Positions 1-8,591 of a DNA stretch of 42,722 nt are shown piece after piece (position 1 is the first letter of the stretch; every line of letters begins with the position of its first letter). The position numbers were made by a program, and so were the translations under genes. Origin of the DNA: Thermodesulfobacteriota bacterium (lineage in GTDB: Bacteria > Desulfobacterota > S145-22); assembly GCA_024763435.1 (NCBI GenBank), contig JANTFN010000001.1:1-42722 (forward strand). The letters are read 5' to 3'. The notes under the pieces were generated by a model. It ran no database searches, was not told the DNA's origin, and saw nothing but the letters and a program-made list of their open reading frames with translations.

Positions 1-1
1 C

Positions 2-856
2 ATGAAGGAATTCGGAGAGAAACTCTCCAATCCCGCGATGGCCGCGCCGAAATCTCTGGTCATGATTCAGTGCGTGGGATCCCGGGAAGACGGCCATCCC
101 TATTGCAGCCGCTTCTGCTGCTCGAAGGCCCTCGCCCATGCCCTGGAAGTCAAGCAGCGCTGGCCGGAATGCCGGGTCTCCGTTCTTTTCAGGGATATCA
201 TGACGTATGGCAGCCGGGAAAGGGCCTATACCGAAGCACGAGAGATGGGCGTTCACTTCTTCCGGTATTCTCCCGAAGAAAAACCCCTCGTTAAAACCGA
301 CGGGGAGGCCCTGGACGTCCATTTTAAAGACCCGGTCCTCGGAGGTGAGGTCAGCCTGTCACCCGATTATGTTATCCTGAGCAACGGCGTGGTCCCGAAT
401 GACGACGGCGGGATCGCTGACATGTTTTCCATTGAAACCACGGAAGACGGATTCTTCAAAGAGGCGGAAATCAAGTTTCGCCCGGTTGATACCCAGGAGC
501 CGGGGATCTGGACCTGTGGCCTTGCCCTGGGCCCGAAGAATGTGGACGAGGTTGTCGTCCAGGCGGAGGCGGCAGCGGCCAGAACCCTCGCCGTTTTGCG
601 CAAAGAAAGCCTTCACCTGCCGCATGTCAGGGCGTGGGTCAGTCCGCGGCGATGCTCGGCCTGCGAGATATGCGTGCCCGCGTGTCCTTACAACGCCCGG
701 GTTAAAGACCCGGATCTGGGATATGTGGTCGTCCGGGAGGCCCTGTGCCAGGGATGCGGCGTCTGCACAACGGTCTGTCCGAATAACGCGGTAAAACTGA
801 TTTCATTTCAGGAAAATCAGCTCTTTTCAATGATTGACAGGATGGTAACGCTTTAA
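2..856 (+). CDS. hdrA: Heterodisulfide reductase subunit A-like FAD/FeS protein, C-terminal part (5' end lies outside the window)
   Basis: The ORF is open to the window edge. 'MIQCVGSRE..PYCSRFCCSKAL' is the HdrA-type Cys motif. The C-terminal ferredoxin domain carries 'CSACEICVPACP' and 'CQGCGVCTTVCP'. mvhD follows 11 nt downstream. Confidence 0.8.
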   Translation: MKEFGEKLSNPAMAAPKSLVMIQCVGSREDGHPYCSRFCCSKALAHALEVKQRWPECRVSVLFRDIMTYGSRERAYTEAREMGVHFFRYSPEEKPLVKTDGEALDVHFKDPVLGGEVSLSPDYVILSNGVVPNDDGGIADMFSIETTEDGFFKEAEIKFRPVDTQEPGIWTCGLALGPKNVDEVVVQAEAAAARTLAVLRKESLHLPHVRAWVSPRRCSACEICVPACPYNARVKDPDLGYVVVREALCQGCGVCTTVCPNNAVKLISFQENQLFSMIDRMVTL

Positions 857-867
857 AGGAGAGATTC

Positions 868-1290
868 ATGGATAATTTTGAACCCAAAATCATCGGTTTT
901 TTCTGTAACTGGTGCACGGCCACGGCCGCCGACCTCGCGGGGACAACGAGGCTGCAGTATCCCCCGAATCTCCGGCCCATCCGTGTCATGTGCACGGGAA
1001 CGGTTGACCCCGTTTATATTCTGCGGGCGCTCCTGTTGGGGGCAGATGCCGTTTTCGTGGGGGGGTGACACCCCGGCGAATGCCACTATGTGAGTGGCAA
1101 TCTCAAGGCCCGACGACGGGTCGCAATCCTGAAGTCTATTTTCGATACCCTCGGCCTGGAGAGTGATCGGGTCCATCTCAACTGGATCAGTGCCAGTGAG
1201 GGGAAGAAATTCGCGGATACCGTGAAGGAAATAACCGAAAAGACCAAACAGCAGGGACCGAACCCGATGTCCGGTTACTGGTCTCTTTAA
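868..1290 (+). CDS. mvhD: MvhD/VhuD-family protein (methyl-viologen-reducing hydrogenase delta subunit family), selenocysteine-containing, 140 aa with Sec at codon 67
   Basis: Track ORFs 868..1068 and 1090..1290 share one frame and are separated only by TGA 1066-1068. Read-through gives 'GADAVFVGG-U-HPGECHYVSGNLKA', the conserved MvhD 'G-C-H-x-G-[DE]-C-H-Y' motif with TGA at the first Cys. N-terminal 'FFCNWC' is also typical. GGAG lies upstream of the ATG. Confidence 0.75.
1081..1099 (+). promoter_or_regulatory. Candidate bacterial SECIS hairpin for the mvhD UGA
   Basis: UGCCACU-AUGUG-AGUGGCA forms a 7-bp perfect stem with a 5-nt G/U-containing loop. It starts 13 nt after the UGA. The apical loop lies about 22-26 nt from the UGA, within the range reported for bacterial SECIS elements. 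Confidence 0.5.
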
Positions 1291-1302
1291 CAGGAGCACT
1301 TT

Positions 1303-2424
1303 ATGGGAAAATGGCTTAAATTTTCAGTCAAAGATGAGGATACCCTTATCCGCGGTTTTCTGGCATCCCTGATGGAAAAGGGTGTGGTCCAGGGGATTAT
1401 CGCACCCTCCATTCTTCCATCCATGGGGAATGCGGCGCAAAGCCTCATTACCAATCCGAAAATGCTGGAGAACGCGAAACCCCTCGCGCCGGTTATGGCG
1501 GTGAGTACCGCCAAAATTCTCTCTCAAATAACCCGCCTTTCCCCGTTAGACAAACCCGTCGCCGTGCTTCTGAGACCTTGCGAGCTGCGCGCGGCCACGG
1601 AACTTGTCAAGCTGAAACAGGCGCATTTTGACAACCTCCTGCTTATTTCGATGGATTGCGCGGGAACATACAGCGTCAAGACCTACACCGCCCTGGCCGG
1701 AGACGGGGAAGACCCTCAGCAAAGGATACAGAAGGCCTGGCAGGGGGAAGAAGATGATCAAATCCGTCCGGTCTGCCTGACGTGTGAATGGTCGATCCCC
1801 GAGCACTGCGACATCATCATCGCCCGGCATGGCCTCGGTGTGGACCAGTTTGGCCTCATCGCCGGGACAGAGAAGGGCGAAACCGCCCTGGAAGCTCTTT
1901 CCGGAGGCGATCCCTGGGAAGGAGGCGAGACGGACCGAGAAGCGGCTGTCGCGAAATGGAACGAAACGAAAATCGCTGCCCGGGACACCCATTTTGAGGC
2001 CCTCAAGGGGCAGGTCGCAGGCATAGAAAATCTCCTTAAAACGTATTCTTCCTGCATCAACTGCCATAACTGTATGACGGTGTGTCCCATCTGCTTCTGT
2101 AAGGAGTGCTTCTTCAACTCGGCGGTTTTTGAGTTTGACGCGAACCGCTTCATGGACTGGTCCCAAGCCAGAGGAGGCTTGAGGCTCCCTTCGGACACAC
2201 TCCTGTTCCATCTCGGGCGGATGAACCACATGGCCACGTCCTGCGTGGCATGTGGCATGTGCCAGGATGCCTGTCCCAACGACATCCCCGTCGCGGAAAT
2301 CTTTAAAATGGTTGGTTTCAACGCGCAGGCCCGCTTCGAGTATGTGGCAGGCCGCAGCCTGGACGAACCGGTCCCCCTGACGCAGTTCAGGGAAGACGAA
2401 CTCCACGAAATCGGAGGAGAATAG
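1303..2424 (+). CDS. Iron-sulfur oxidoreductase subunit with a 2x[4Fe-4S] ferredoxin-type domain; exact family not resolved
   Basis: 373-aa ORF with Cys clusters 'CINCHNCMTVCPICFC' and 'CVACGMCQDACP'. It sits 12 nt after mvhD and 3 nt before hdrC. An RBS-like AGGAG lies upstream. Confidence 0.6.
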   Translation: MGKWLKFSVKDEDTLIRGFLASLMEKGVVQGIIAPSILPSMGNAAQSLITNPKMLENAKPLAPVMAVSTAKILSQITRLSPLDKPVAVLLRPCELRAATELVKLKQAHFDNLLLISMDCAGTYSVKTYTALAGDGEDPQQRIQKAWQGEEDDQIRPVCLTCEWSIPEHCDIIIARHGLGVDQFGLIAGTEKGETALEALSGGDPWEGGETDREAAVAKWNETKIAARDTHFEALKGQVAGIENLLKTYSSCINCHNCMTVCPICFCKECFFNSAVFEFDANRFMDWSQARGGLRLPSDTLLFHLGRMNHMATSCVACGMCQDACPNDIPVAEIFKMVGFNAQARFEYVAGRSLDEPVPLTQFREDELHEIGGE

Positions 2425-2427
2425 ACG

Positions 2428-3006
2428 GTGGACTACCAATTATCCAACTGCGCCATTAAGAGCGCTCCCGACTTTTCCAATGAAATTATCGGGGAAACGG
2501 GGGTGCGGGTTGACCGGTGTTATCAGTGCATGACCTGTACGCTGGGATGTCCCGTCGCGGAGGCCATGGATTATCCCCCCAACCAAGTGATGCGCCTCAT
2601 CGACCTGGGGGCGCGGGAGGTTCTCCTTGGCAGCAAAACGATCTGGATGTGTGTCTCGTGTGAGAACTGTTTTGCCCGCTGCCCGAATGAAATCGACACA
2701 GGGGCGGTTATGGACTACCTGCGAGAGGAAGCGACAGCCGCAGGCGTCAAGGTTCCCGAGGAACGGATTCAACTGCTGCATCGTCTCTTCGCCGAGAACA
2801 TCCGGGCCTTCGGCAAGGTGCACGAAGCCACCATGCTAATGAATTACAAACTCAAGAGCAGGGATTTCTTCTCGGATATGGGCCTCGGCCTGAAATTGTT
2901 CCTGAAAGGGAAAATTCCCCTGTTTCCCGCGAAGATCGCCGGACTGGACAAGGTAAAAAAGATTTTTGGGAAAACCTATGATAAAAAATTCGGAGATAAA
3001 TCGTGA
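2428..3006 (+). CDS. hdrC: Heterodisulfide reductase subunit C
   Basis: About 190 aa, GTG start. Two 4Fe-4S motifs, 'CYQCMTCTLGCP' and 'CVSCENCFARCP'. It overlaps hdrB by GTGA. Confidence 0.8.
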   Translation: MDYQLSNCAIKSAPDFSNEIIGETGVRVDRCYQCMTCTLGCPVAEAMDYPPNQVMRLIDLGAREVLLGSKTIWMCVSCENCFARCPNEIDTGAVMDYLREEATAAGVKVPEERIQLLHRLFAENIRAFGKVHEATMLMNYKLKSRDFFSDMGLGLKLFLKGKIPLFPAKIAGLDKVKKIFGKTYDKKFGDKS

Positions 3007-3860
3007 AACTTTCCTACTATCCCGGCTGCACCGTTCATTCTACCGCCATCGAATATTCCAGATCAATCGATGCGGTCTCACAGGCGCTTGGAATTGAGCT
3101 CAGGGAAATAGAGGACTGGAACTGCTGTGGCGCTGCCGCGGCGCACAGCATCCATCGGGACCTTGGCCTTGCCCTGCCGGCGAGAAATATTGCCCAGGCC
3201 CAGAATCAGGCAGAAATGTCGCGGGATCTGGTTACCTCCTGCCCGGGATGTTTTAACGCACTGAAACGCGCCGATTATGCCCTGAAAAAAGATGAAGATG
3301 CTCGAAGGGAAATTGAGGAGATTGCTGATTTTCACTATTCCGGAGAAATAAATATCCGTTCCCTTATAGAAATTCTGACGAACGACATCGCGGCGGAAAC
3401 ACTCAGAGGCAAGGTTAAAAAACCCCTCGAGAAGTTGAAGCTTGTCTGTTACTACGGATGCGCGCTGGTCAGGCCTCACGCGGTCACCGGCCTGGAAAAT
3501 CCGGAAAATCCCATGATGATGGATACCCTGATGGAACTTATGGGCGCGGATGTCCGTGACTGGTCCTACAAGACCGATTGCTGCGGCGCGGACCTCGCCC
3601 TTACCCACGCGGACCTCGTCACGACAATCGTGGGCCGCCTGGCGGACCATGCCAGGGAGGCAGGCGCGGATGCCTTTGTAACCTCGTGCGGACTGTGCCA
3701 GGCAAATCTTGACATGCGGCAGAGCGGGCCAGACCCTCTGCCCGTTTTCTATTTTACCGAACTGATGGGCACCGCCATGGACCTTCCCGGAAGAGACGGC
3801 TGGTGGCGCAAACATATCATTAACCCTATGTCCCTGCTTTCCGGACTCGGGTATGCGTAA
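3003..3860 (+). CDS. hdrB: Heterodisulfide reductase subunit B (two CCG domains)
   Basis: 'YYPGC' N-terminus, two CCG motifs ('WNCCGA' and 'TDCCGA') and 'CPGC'/'CGLC' partner cysteines. About 285 aa, as expected for HdrB. Confidence 0.85.
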   Translation: MKLSYYPGCTVHSTAIEYSRSIDAVSQALGIELREIEDWNCCGAAAAHSIHRDLGLALPARNIAQAQNQAEMSRDLVTSCPGCFNALKRADYALKKDEDARREIEEIADFHYSGEINIRSLIEILTNDIAAETLRGKVKKPLEKLKLVCYYGCALVRPHAVTGLENPENPMMMDTLMELMGADVRDWSYKTDCCGADLALTHADLVTTIVGRLADHAREAGADAFVTSCGLCQANLDMRQSGPDPLPVFYFTELMGTAMDLPGRDGWWRKHIINPMSLLSGLGYA

Positions 3861-3896
3861 CAAATCTGTATAAATGCAAATTTTGGGAGGAAGGTT

Positions 3897-4673
3897 ATGA
3901 CAACCACCGTTGCAAAAAACGCGATGAGAAAAGGGGACAAAACGGTCATCGTGGAAGGGACTAAAATGGTTCCCATCTTCATTATGGGAAAACGTTATTT
4001 TGTCCCTGAAACCCTGACCATCCAGAAAGCAATGGAATACGCCGGATACCAGTTCGTCCGTTCCTGCGGGTGCCGCGGCGGCATCTGTGGGGCGTGCGCG
4101 ACGGTTTACCGTCTTGAGGGGGATTATAAACTTTATTCCGGTCTCGCCTGCCAGACCGTTGTCCAGCCTAATATGTACCTGGCGCAGATTCCCTTCTACC
4201 CGGCCAACAAGGTCGCCTACAACATTGAGGACCTTCCCTATGACGTGACGGCCATTCAGACCGTCTATCCGGAGACCTTCCGGTGTGTCCAGTGCAATAC
4301 CTGCACCAAGGTCTGTCCGATGGACCTGGAGGTCATGGATTACATGGCCGCGGCCATTCGCGGGGATATTCAGGCCGTCGCGGAGATGTCCCAGAGCTGC
4401 ATTATGTGCGGCCTGTGTGCTTCGCGCTGTCCGGCCGAGACCAACCAGTATAACCTGGCGGAGCTCTGCCGTCGTCTTTACGGCAGGTATGGGCAGAAAA
4501 AGTCAGAACAGGTTGCCAGGCGCGTGGAGGAAATCAAATCCGGAAAATATGATGCCATGATTGCGGAACTGAACGCGCTCTCCATCGATGAGTTTAAAAA
4601 CCGCTACGAAGAAAGAGAATGGGAACCTGTTATCAGCGAAGGATGGCAACCGAAGGAAACAAAATATCTTTAA
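3897..4673 (+). CDS. Succinate dehydrogenase/fumarate reductase iron-sulfur subunit-like protein
   Basis: 2Fe-2S-like 'CGCRGGICGACA' followed by 'CVQCNTCTKVCP' and 'CIMCGLCASRCP'. GGGAGG RBS. It lies directly upstream of the flavoprotein gene. Confidence 0.65.
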   Translation: MTTTVAKNAMRKGDKTVIVEGTKMVPIFIMGKRYFVPETLTIQKAMEYAGYQFVRSCGCRGGICGACATVYRLEGDYKLYSGLACQTVVQPNMYLAQIPFYPANKVAYNIEDLPYDVTAIQTVYPETFRCVQCNTCTKVCPMDLEVMDYMAAAIRGDIQAVAEMSQSCIMCGLCASRCPAETNQYNLAELCRRLYGRYGQKKSEQVARRVEEIKSGKYDAMIAELNALSIDEFKNRYEEREWEPVISEGWQPKETKYL

Positions 4674-4700
4674 ACATCCCCTGGATGTGGAGGAAATACG

Positions 4701-6377
4701 ATGAGTTACACCCCGGAAATGAAAGAACTGATAAAAAAGGTGGAAGCGACACGCCCCGCCAGGGTAGAACGCGTGAAACAGGGGAAACAGTTCCCCAAAT
4801 TATCCCTGGCCGAAGCGCATGAACGGCTTGAAACCTATCACCCCGACTACAAGGAGGTGGGAAGGCGGACGTTCGGAATTGGGCCCAACAAGGGGGATAA
4901 TCATACCTACCCCGATGAAGTTGTTGACCTGTTCGAGGCCCGAAGCCGAATCGACCCGGACAGGGTTGACCTTTCTTCGCCTGACTACGAGACAGATATT
5001 CTGATTATCGGCGGCGGCGGGGCCGGGACTACCGCATCCCTGTTTGCGCAGGAAAATGGTTTGAAAATCATGATTGCCACGAAACTTCGACACGGGGACG
5101 CAAATACCATCATGGCGGAAGGCGGTATTCAATCCGCTGATTCCCGCATTGATTCTCCTTACTACCACTACCTTGATGTCATGGGTGGCGGCCATTTCAC
5201 AAACAAACCCGAATTGGTCAAAGCCATGACCATGGATGCTCCTCTCATAATCCAGTGGTTGGAAAGCCTCGGGATGAATTTCGACAAAACACCGGACGGT
5301 GAAATGCGCCTCCTCGGAGGTGGTGGAACCTGCCGGAAACGCATGCATTCCGCCGGGGATGTAACCGGCGCTGAAATCATGCGCACCATTCGAGATGAAG
5401 CAAGAAACCGCAAGGATGACATCACGGTTCTGGAATACCAGCCTGCCGTGGAAATCATTCTTGACGAAGATGGCAAAGCGGCCGGGGCCGTTCTTTACAA
5501 TATGGAGACAGAGGAGTATGCCATTGTCAAAGCCAAAGCGGTCATTATTACAACGGGGGGCTGCGGACGGCTTCATATCCAGGGATTCGCCACAACCAAT
5601 CACTACGGGGCTACGATGGACGGTATCGTTATGGCCTATCGCGCCGGCGTCTCCCATTGTTTTCTTTATGCCACGCAATATCACCCTACCGGTGCTGCCT
5701 TCCCGGAGCAGAATGTGGGGCTGCTGATTACGGAAAAGATGCGGACGGCGGGGGCGCAGCCCGTTAATATCGACGGGGAAGAATTCACCTTTCCCCTTGA
5801 ACCGAGGGATGTGGAATCTTCCAACATCATCCGCGAGTGCATGGACGTAGGCAAGGGCGTTTTGACTCCCGTCGGGCGGATTGGCGTATGGCTCGATACC
5901 CCGATGATCGACATGCTGCGTGGAGAGGGAACCGCGGAAAGAGATTTCCCCGCCAAATTCATCCAGTTCAAACGCTACGGGATTGATCTCAGCAAGGAAC
6001 CGCTCCTCATCTACCCCACGCTTCATTATCAGAATGGCGGCGTCACGGCCAGTGATTGGGGCGAAACCAGCGTACCGGGTCTCTTTGTTGCCGGTGAGGT
6101 GTTAGGCGGAAGCCATGGCGAGAACCGCTTGATGGGAAATTCCCTGCTTGACATCAACGTCTTTGGCCGCCGGGCGGGTATACGCGCCGCCGAGTATGTC
6201 AACCAGGGCGTCACCCTCAAAAAACTTACCCTGGACCATGTCCGCGCCTTCCATAAGGAGCTGGAAGCGGCAGGCATCGAAACGGACCGAATCTCCCCCA
6301 TGCTGCTGCCCGACTATTCAAATCCCGAAGTCAGGGCAAAACAGCTTTCCGCTCGGTATTTCGGAACATTGCGGTAA
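4701..6377 (+). CDS. FAD-dependent flavoprotein of the SdhA/FrdA/NadB superfamily (fumarate-reductase-like); substrate unknown
   Basis: 'DILIIGGGGAGTTAS' dinucleotide fold, 'QYHPTGAA', and 'HGENRLMGNSLLDINVFGRRAG', the SdhA/FrdA C-terminal FAD motif. It has an N-terminal extension of about 95 aa. Confidence 0.7.
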   Translation: MSYTPEMKELIKKVEATRPARVERVKQGKQFPKLSLAEAHERLETYHPDYKEVGRRTFGIGPNKGDNHTYPDEVVDLFEARSRIDPDRVDLSSPDYETDILIIGGGGAGTTASLFAQENGLKIMIATKLRHGDANTIMAEGGIQSADSRIDSPYYHYLDVMGGGHFTNKPELVKAMTMDAPLIIQWLESLGMNFDKTPDGEMRLLGGGGTCRKRMHSAGDVTGAEIMRTIRDEARNRKDDITVLEYQPAVEIILDEDGKAAGAVLYNMETEEYAIVKAKAVIITTGGCGRLHIQGFATTNHYGATMDGIVMAYRAGVSHCFLYATQYHPTGAAFPEQNVGLLITEKMRTAGAQPVNIDGEEFTFPLEPRDVESSNIIRECMDVGKGVLTPVGRIGVWLDTPMIDMLRGEGTAERDFPAKFIQFKRYGIDLSKEPLLIYPTLHYQNGGVTASDWGETSVPGLFVAGEVLGGSHGENRLMGNSLLDINVFGRRAGIRAAEYVNQGVTLKKLTLDHVRAFHKELEAAGIETDRISPMLLPDYSNPEVRAKQLSARYFGTLR

Positions 6378-6391
6378 GAAAAGGCCTGAGC

Positions 6392-6949
6392 TTAAAAGCG
6401 GAATAACGGCTGCGTATGCGCAACACACCCTGAAATGTCGAAGGGAATCCCCTCTCGTTTGAGGAGGGCGCGTTTCATTTCAAGCCCCCCCTGATACCCG
6501 CCAAGGTGCCGATCCGAACGAATGACCCGGTGGCAGGGCACAATCAGGGGAAAAGGATTTGTTGCCAAGGCATTCCCCACGGCACGCGCGCCTTTTCTGA
6601 GGCCGAGATAGACCGCGATTTGCTGATAGGTGCTGATGGCCCCCGGGGGAATTCGATGTTCCGCTCGCAGGACACGCTGTTGAAACGCCGGGCATCGGTT
6701 CAGATCCACACTATCAAGAGAAAACTTTATCGTTTCTCCCGCCAGAAACCGCCTGATCGCGATTGCCATATCGTCTATCTCCCCGCAGGAAACCAGCCGG
6801 GCCGCCGGGAAGAGAGTGGCTATTTTTTCTTCCGCGGGTATTCCGGGCTTCGACAGAAAAACCCGCGTGATCCTGGGGCTGTCATCTTTGACGACCCAGA
6901 GGATACCTGCCGATCCAAAGGGTGTTGATGGGATAATTTTTTTATTCAT
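6392..6949 (-). CDS. ogt: Methylated-DNA--protein-cysteine methyltransferase
   Basis: Active-site 'IVPCHRVI' motif, 'GGYQGGLEMKRALLKREG' and 'ISTYQQIA'. Confidence 0.85.
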   Translation of the reverse strand: MNKKIIPSTPFGSAGILWVVKDDSPRITRVFLSKPGIPAEEKIATLFPAARLVSCGEIDDMAIAIRRFLAGETIKFSLDSVDLNRCPAFQQRVLRAEHRIPPGAISTYQQIAVYLGLRKGARAVGNALATNPFPLIVPCHRVIRSDRHLGGYQGGLEMKRALLKREGIPFDISGCVAHTQPLFRF

Positions 6950-7101
6950 AAAACAAATAGCTCTACCTTTTGGGAGTAATAGTGCACCAGCAGTATGGTT
7001 TATAAATTGCTCTTATTGCAGCTATTATTTCAACCGACTCCCTTTGAATAACAGAAAAAAATTTAAGATTTTCCCTTATTTTCCTCTCATATGAGCTCGT
7101 T

Positions 7102-7551
7102 TCAGGCCTCTTTGGCAAAGGGAAGCGGGGACCCTTTGCGATAGACCAGGGCCTGACAGGCCGCGATGAGCGTCTCCTCCCCCTCAAAAACCCGGATATC
7201 GTAGGTCGCTGTCTTCCGGGTTCGATTTATCTCTTTCGCCTCGGCGGTGAGAAGAGATCCAACATGCGGTGGATTCATAAAAGAGACATTCATGTTCAGG
7301 GCAACCGCGAGGGTCCCGTGTGAGTTGGAGGCAGTCTCAAAGGCCTCGTCAATCAGGGCAAAGATGGCCCCGCCATGTGTCATCCCGAAAAGATTGCCCA
7401 TTGCCTTTGTCACGGTCATCTGAACCCTTGAAAAACCCTCGCTGATATCAGCAAGCTGAATGTCAAATGCCTTCGCGAAAGGTTCTTCTTTGACTTTTTC
7501 GTAAAAATGTTTCCTGGTCTTTTCGTCCATAAGATCGAATCCCCCCGTCAA
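7102..7551 (-). CDS. PaaI-family hotdog-fold acyl-CoA thioesterase
   Basis: 149 aa. 'NLFGMTHGGAIFALIDEAF' is typical of PaaI/YbgC-like thioesterases. Confidence 0.7.
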   Translation of the reverse strand: MTGGFDLMDEKTRKHFYEKVKEEPFAKAFDIQLADISEGFSRVQMTVTKAMGNLFGMTHGGAIFALIDEAFETASNSHGTLAVALNMNVSFMNPPHVGSLLTAEAKEINRTRKTATYDIRVFEGEETLIAACQALVYRKGSPLPFAKEA

Positions 7552-7673
7552 TTTTCCCGCAAGGCTTGGTTATCACGGTAATATTTGATATAGGGGCACA
7601 AACAGTAATTGTCAACCCCCAGCGTTAAGGGGGCCAGAAAACGCCCGTCCCGCGCGGGTGGAGAAAAAAGGGT

Positions 7674-8591
7674 ATGTTTTCCGCTTTAGGGACAATTCTT
7701 CCGATTTTTCTCGTCATCGCCCTCGGCTATGGCGTCAGGCGGAAGGGCCTGTTAACCGACACCTTCATGGCATCGGGGAACAGGCTCCTCTATATGGTCG
7801 CCATTCCCTGCCTCCTTTTTCATAAAATCTCTACCGCGCCGTTTCAGGGAAGTTTTTTCCCCTGGCTGATCGCCGGGTGTGTGACCGCTATCCTTGTGAT
7901 AAGTCTGATCGTGGCATTAACAGGGAGGCTGGTTGCCTTTCCCGCGGGAAAATACGCGACCTTCATCCAAAGCAGTATCCATGGGAATATCGGCTATATC
8001 GGACTCGCCGTGTGTTACTACAGCTTCGATGAAAAAACCTTCGGAATCGCGGGGGTCCTTGCCGGATTTTTTATCATCACACAGAATATCCTGTCTGTTC
8101 TTTATTTTCACCTTATCGCGGACAGAGAAATCTCGCACCATGGCGGCGCTGTCGGAAAATTGCTCGTTAACCCGATCATCCTGTCCACACTGGCGGGGTT
8201 GCTTGTTTCGTTTTTCCATCTCGCCCTGCCTCTCATCATCGACAAGGCCCTGATGATTGTGGGGAAGATGGCGCTTCCCACGGCGCTTCTGATTATTGGT
8301 GGTTCCCTCAACACGGGCCTGATCTTCCGGAACCTGAAAGTGACCGCGTTGTCATCCCTTTTTAAAATGGTTTTTCTGCCTCTGACAGGAGCAGGCCTTT
8401 TTTATCTTCTATCCGTCCCCGAAAATTTGTGGCTGCCAGGGATCATTCTGCTGTCAGCCCCATCGGCCACGACGTGTTATGTCATGGCAAGGGAGCTGCA
8501 CGGAGACCCGAATCTGGCCTCCTCGGCCGTTACAACGAGCACTTTACTTTCCCTTTTTACCTTTGTCTTCTGGCTCTCTGTTTTTTCCTGA
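7674..8591 (+). CDS. AEC (auxin efflux carrier) family membrane transporter
   Basis: 305 aa and polytopic hydrophobic. The N-terminus 'ILPIFLVIALGYGVRR' and overall layout are typical of the AEC family. Confidence 0.65.
   Translation: MFSALGTILPIFLVIALGYGVRRKGLLTDTFMASGNRLLYMVAIPCLLFHKISTAPFQGSFFPWLIAGCVTAILVISLIVALTGRLVAFPAGKYATFIQSSIHGNIGYIGLAVCYYSFDEKTFGIAGVLAGFFIITQNILSVLYFHLIADREISHHGGAVGKLLVNPIILSTLAGLLVSFFHLALPLIIDKALMIVGKMALPTALLIIGGSLNTGLIFRNLKVTALSSLFKMVFLPLTGAGLFYLLSVPENLWLPGIILLSAPSATTCYVMARELHGDPNLASSAVTTSTLLSLFTFVFWLSVFS

Noticed and set aside
1546-3863. 297-aa (1546..2439) and 261-aa (3078..3863) minus-strand ORFs.
   Set aside because: They are antisense shadows of the FeS protein gene and hdrB, with Arg/Gly/Pro-rich composition and no start signals.
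4800-6026. 408-aa ORF on the minus strand.
   Set aside because: It is entirely antisense to the motif-rich SdhA-like flavoprotein gene. It has no recognisable motifs or RBS. Long antisense ORFs are expected in GC-rich coding sequence.
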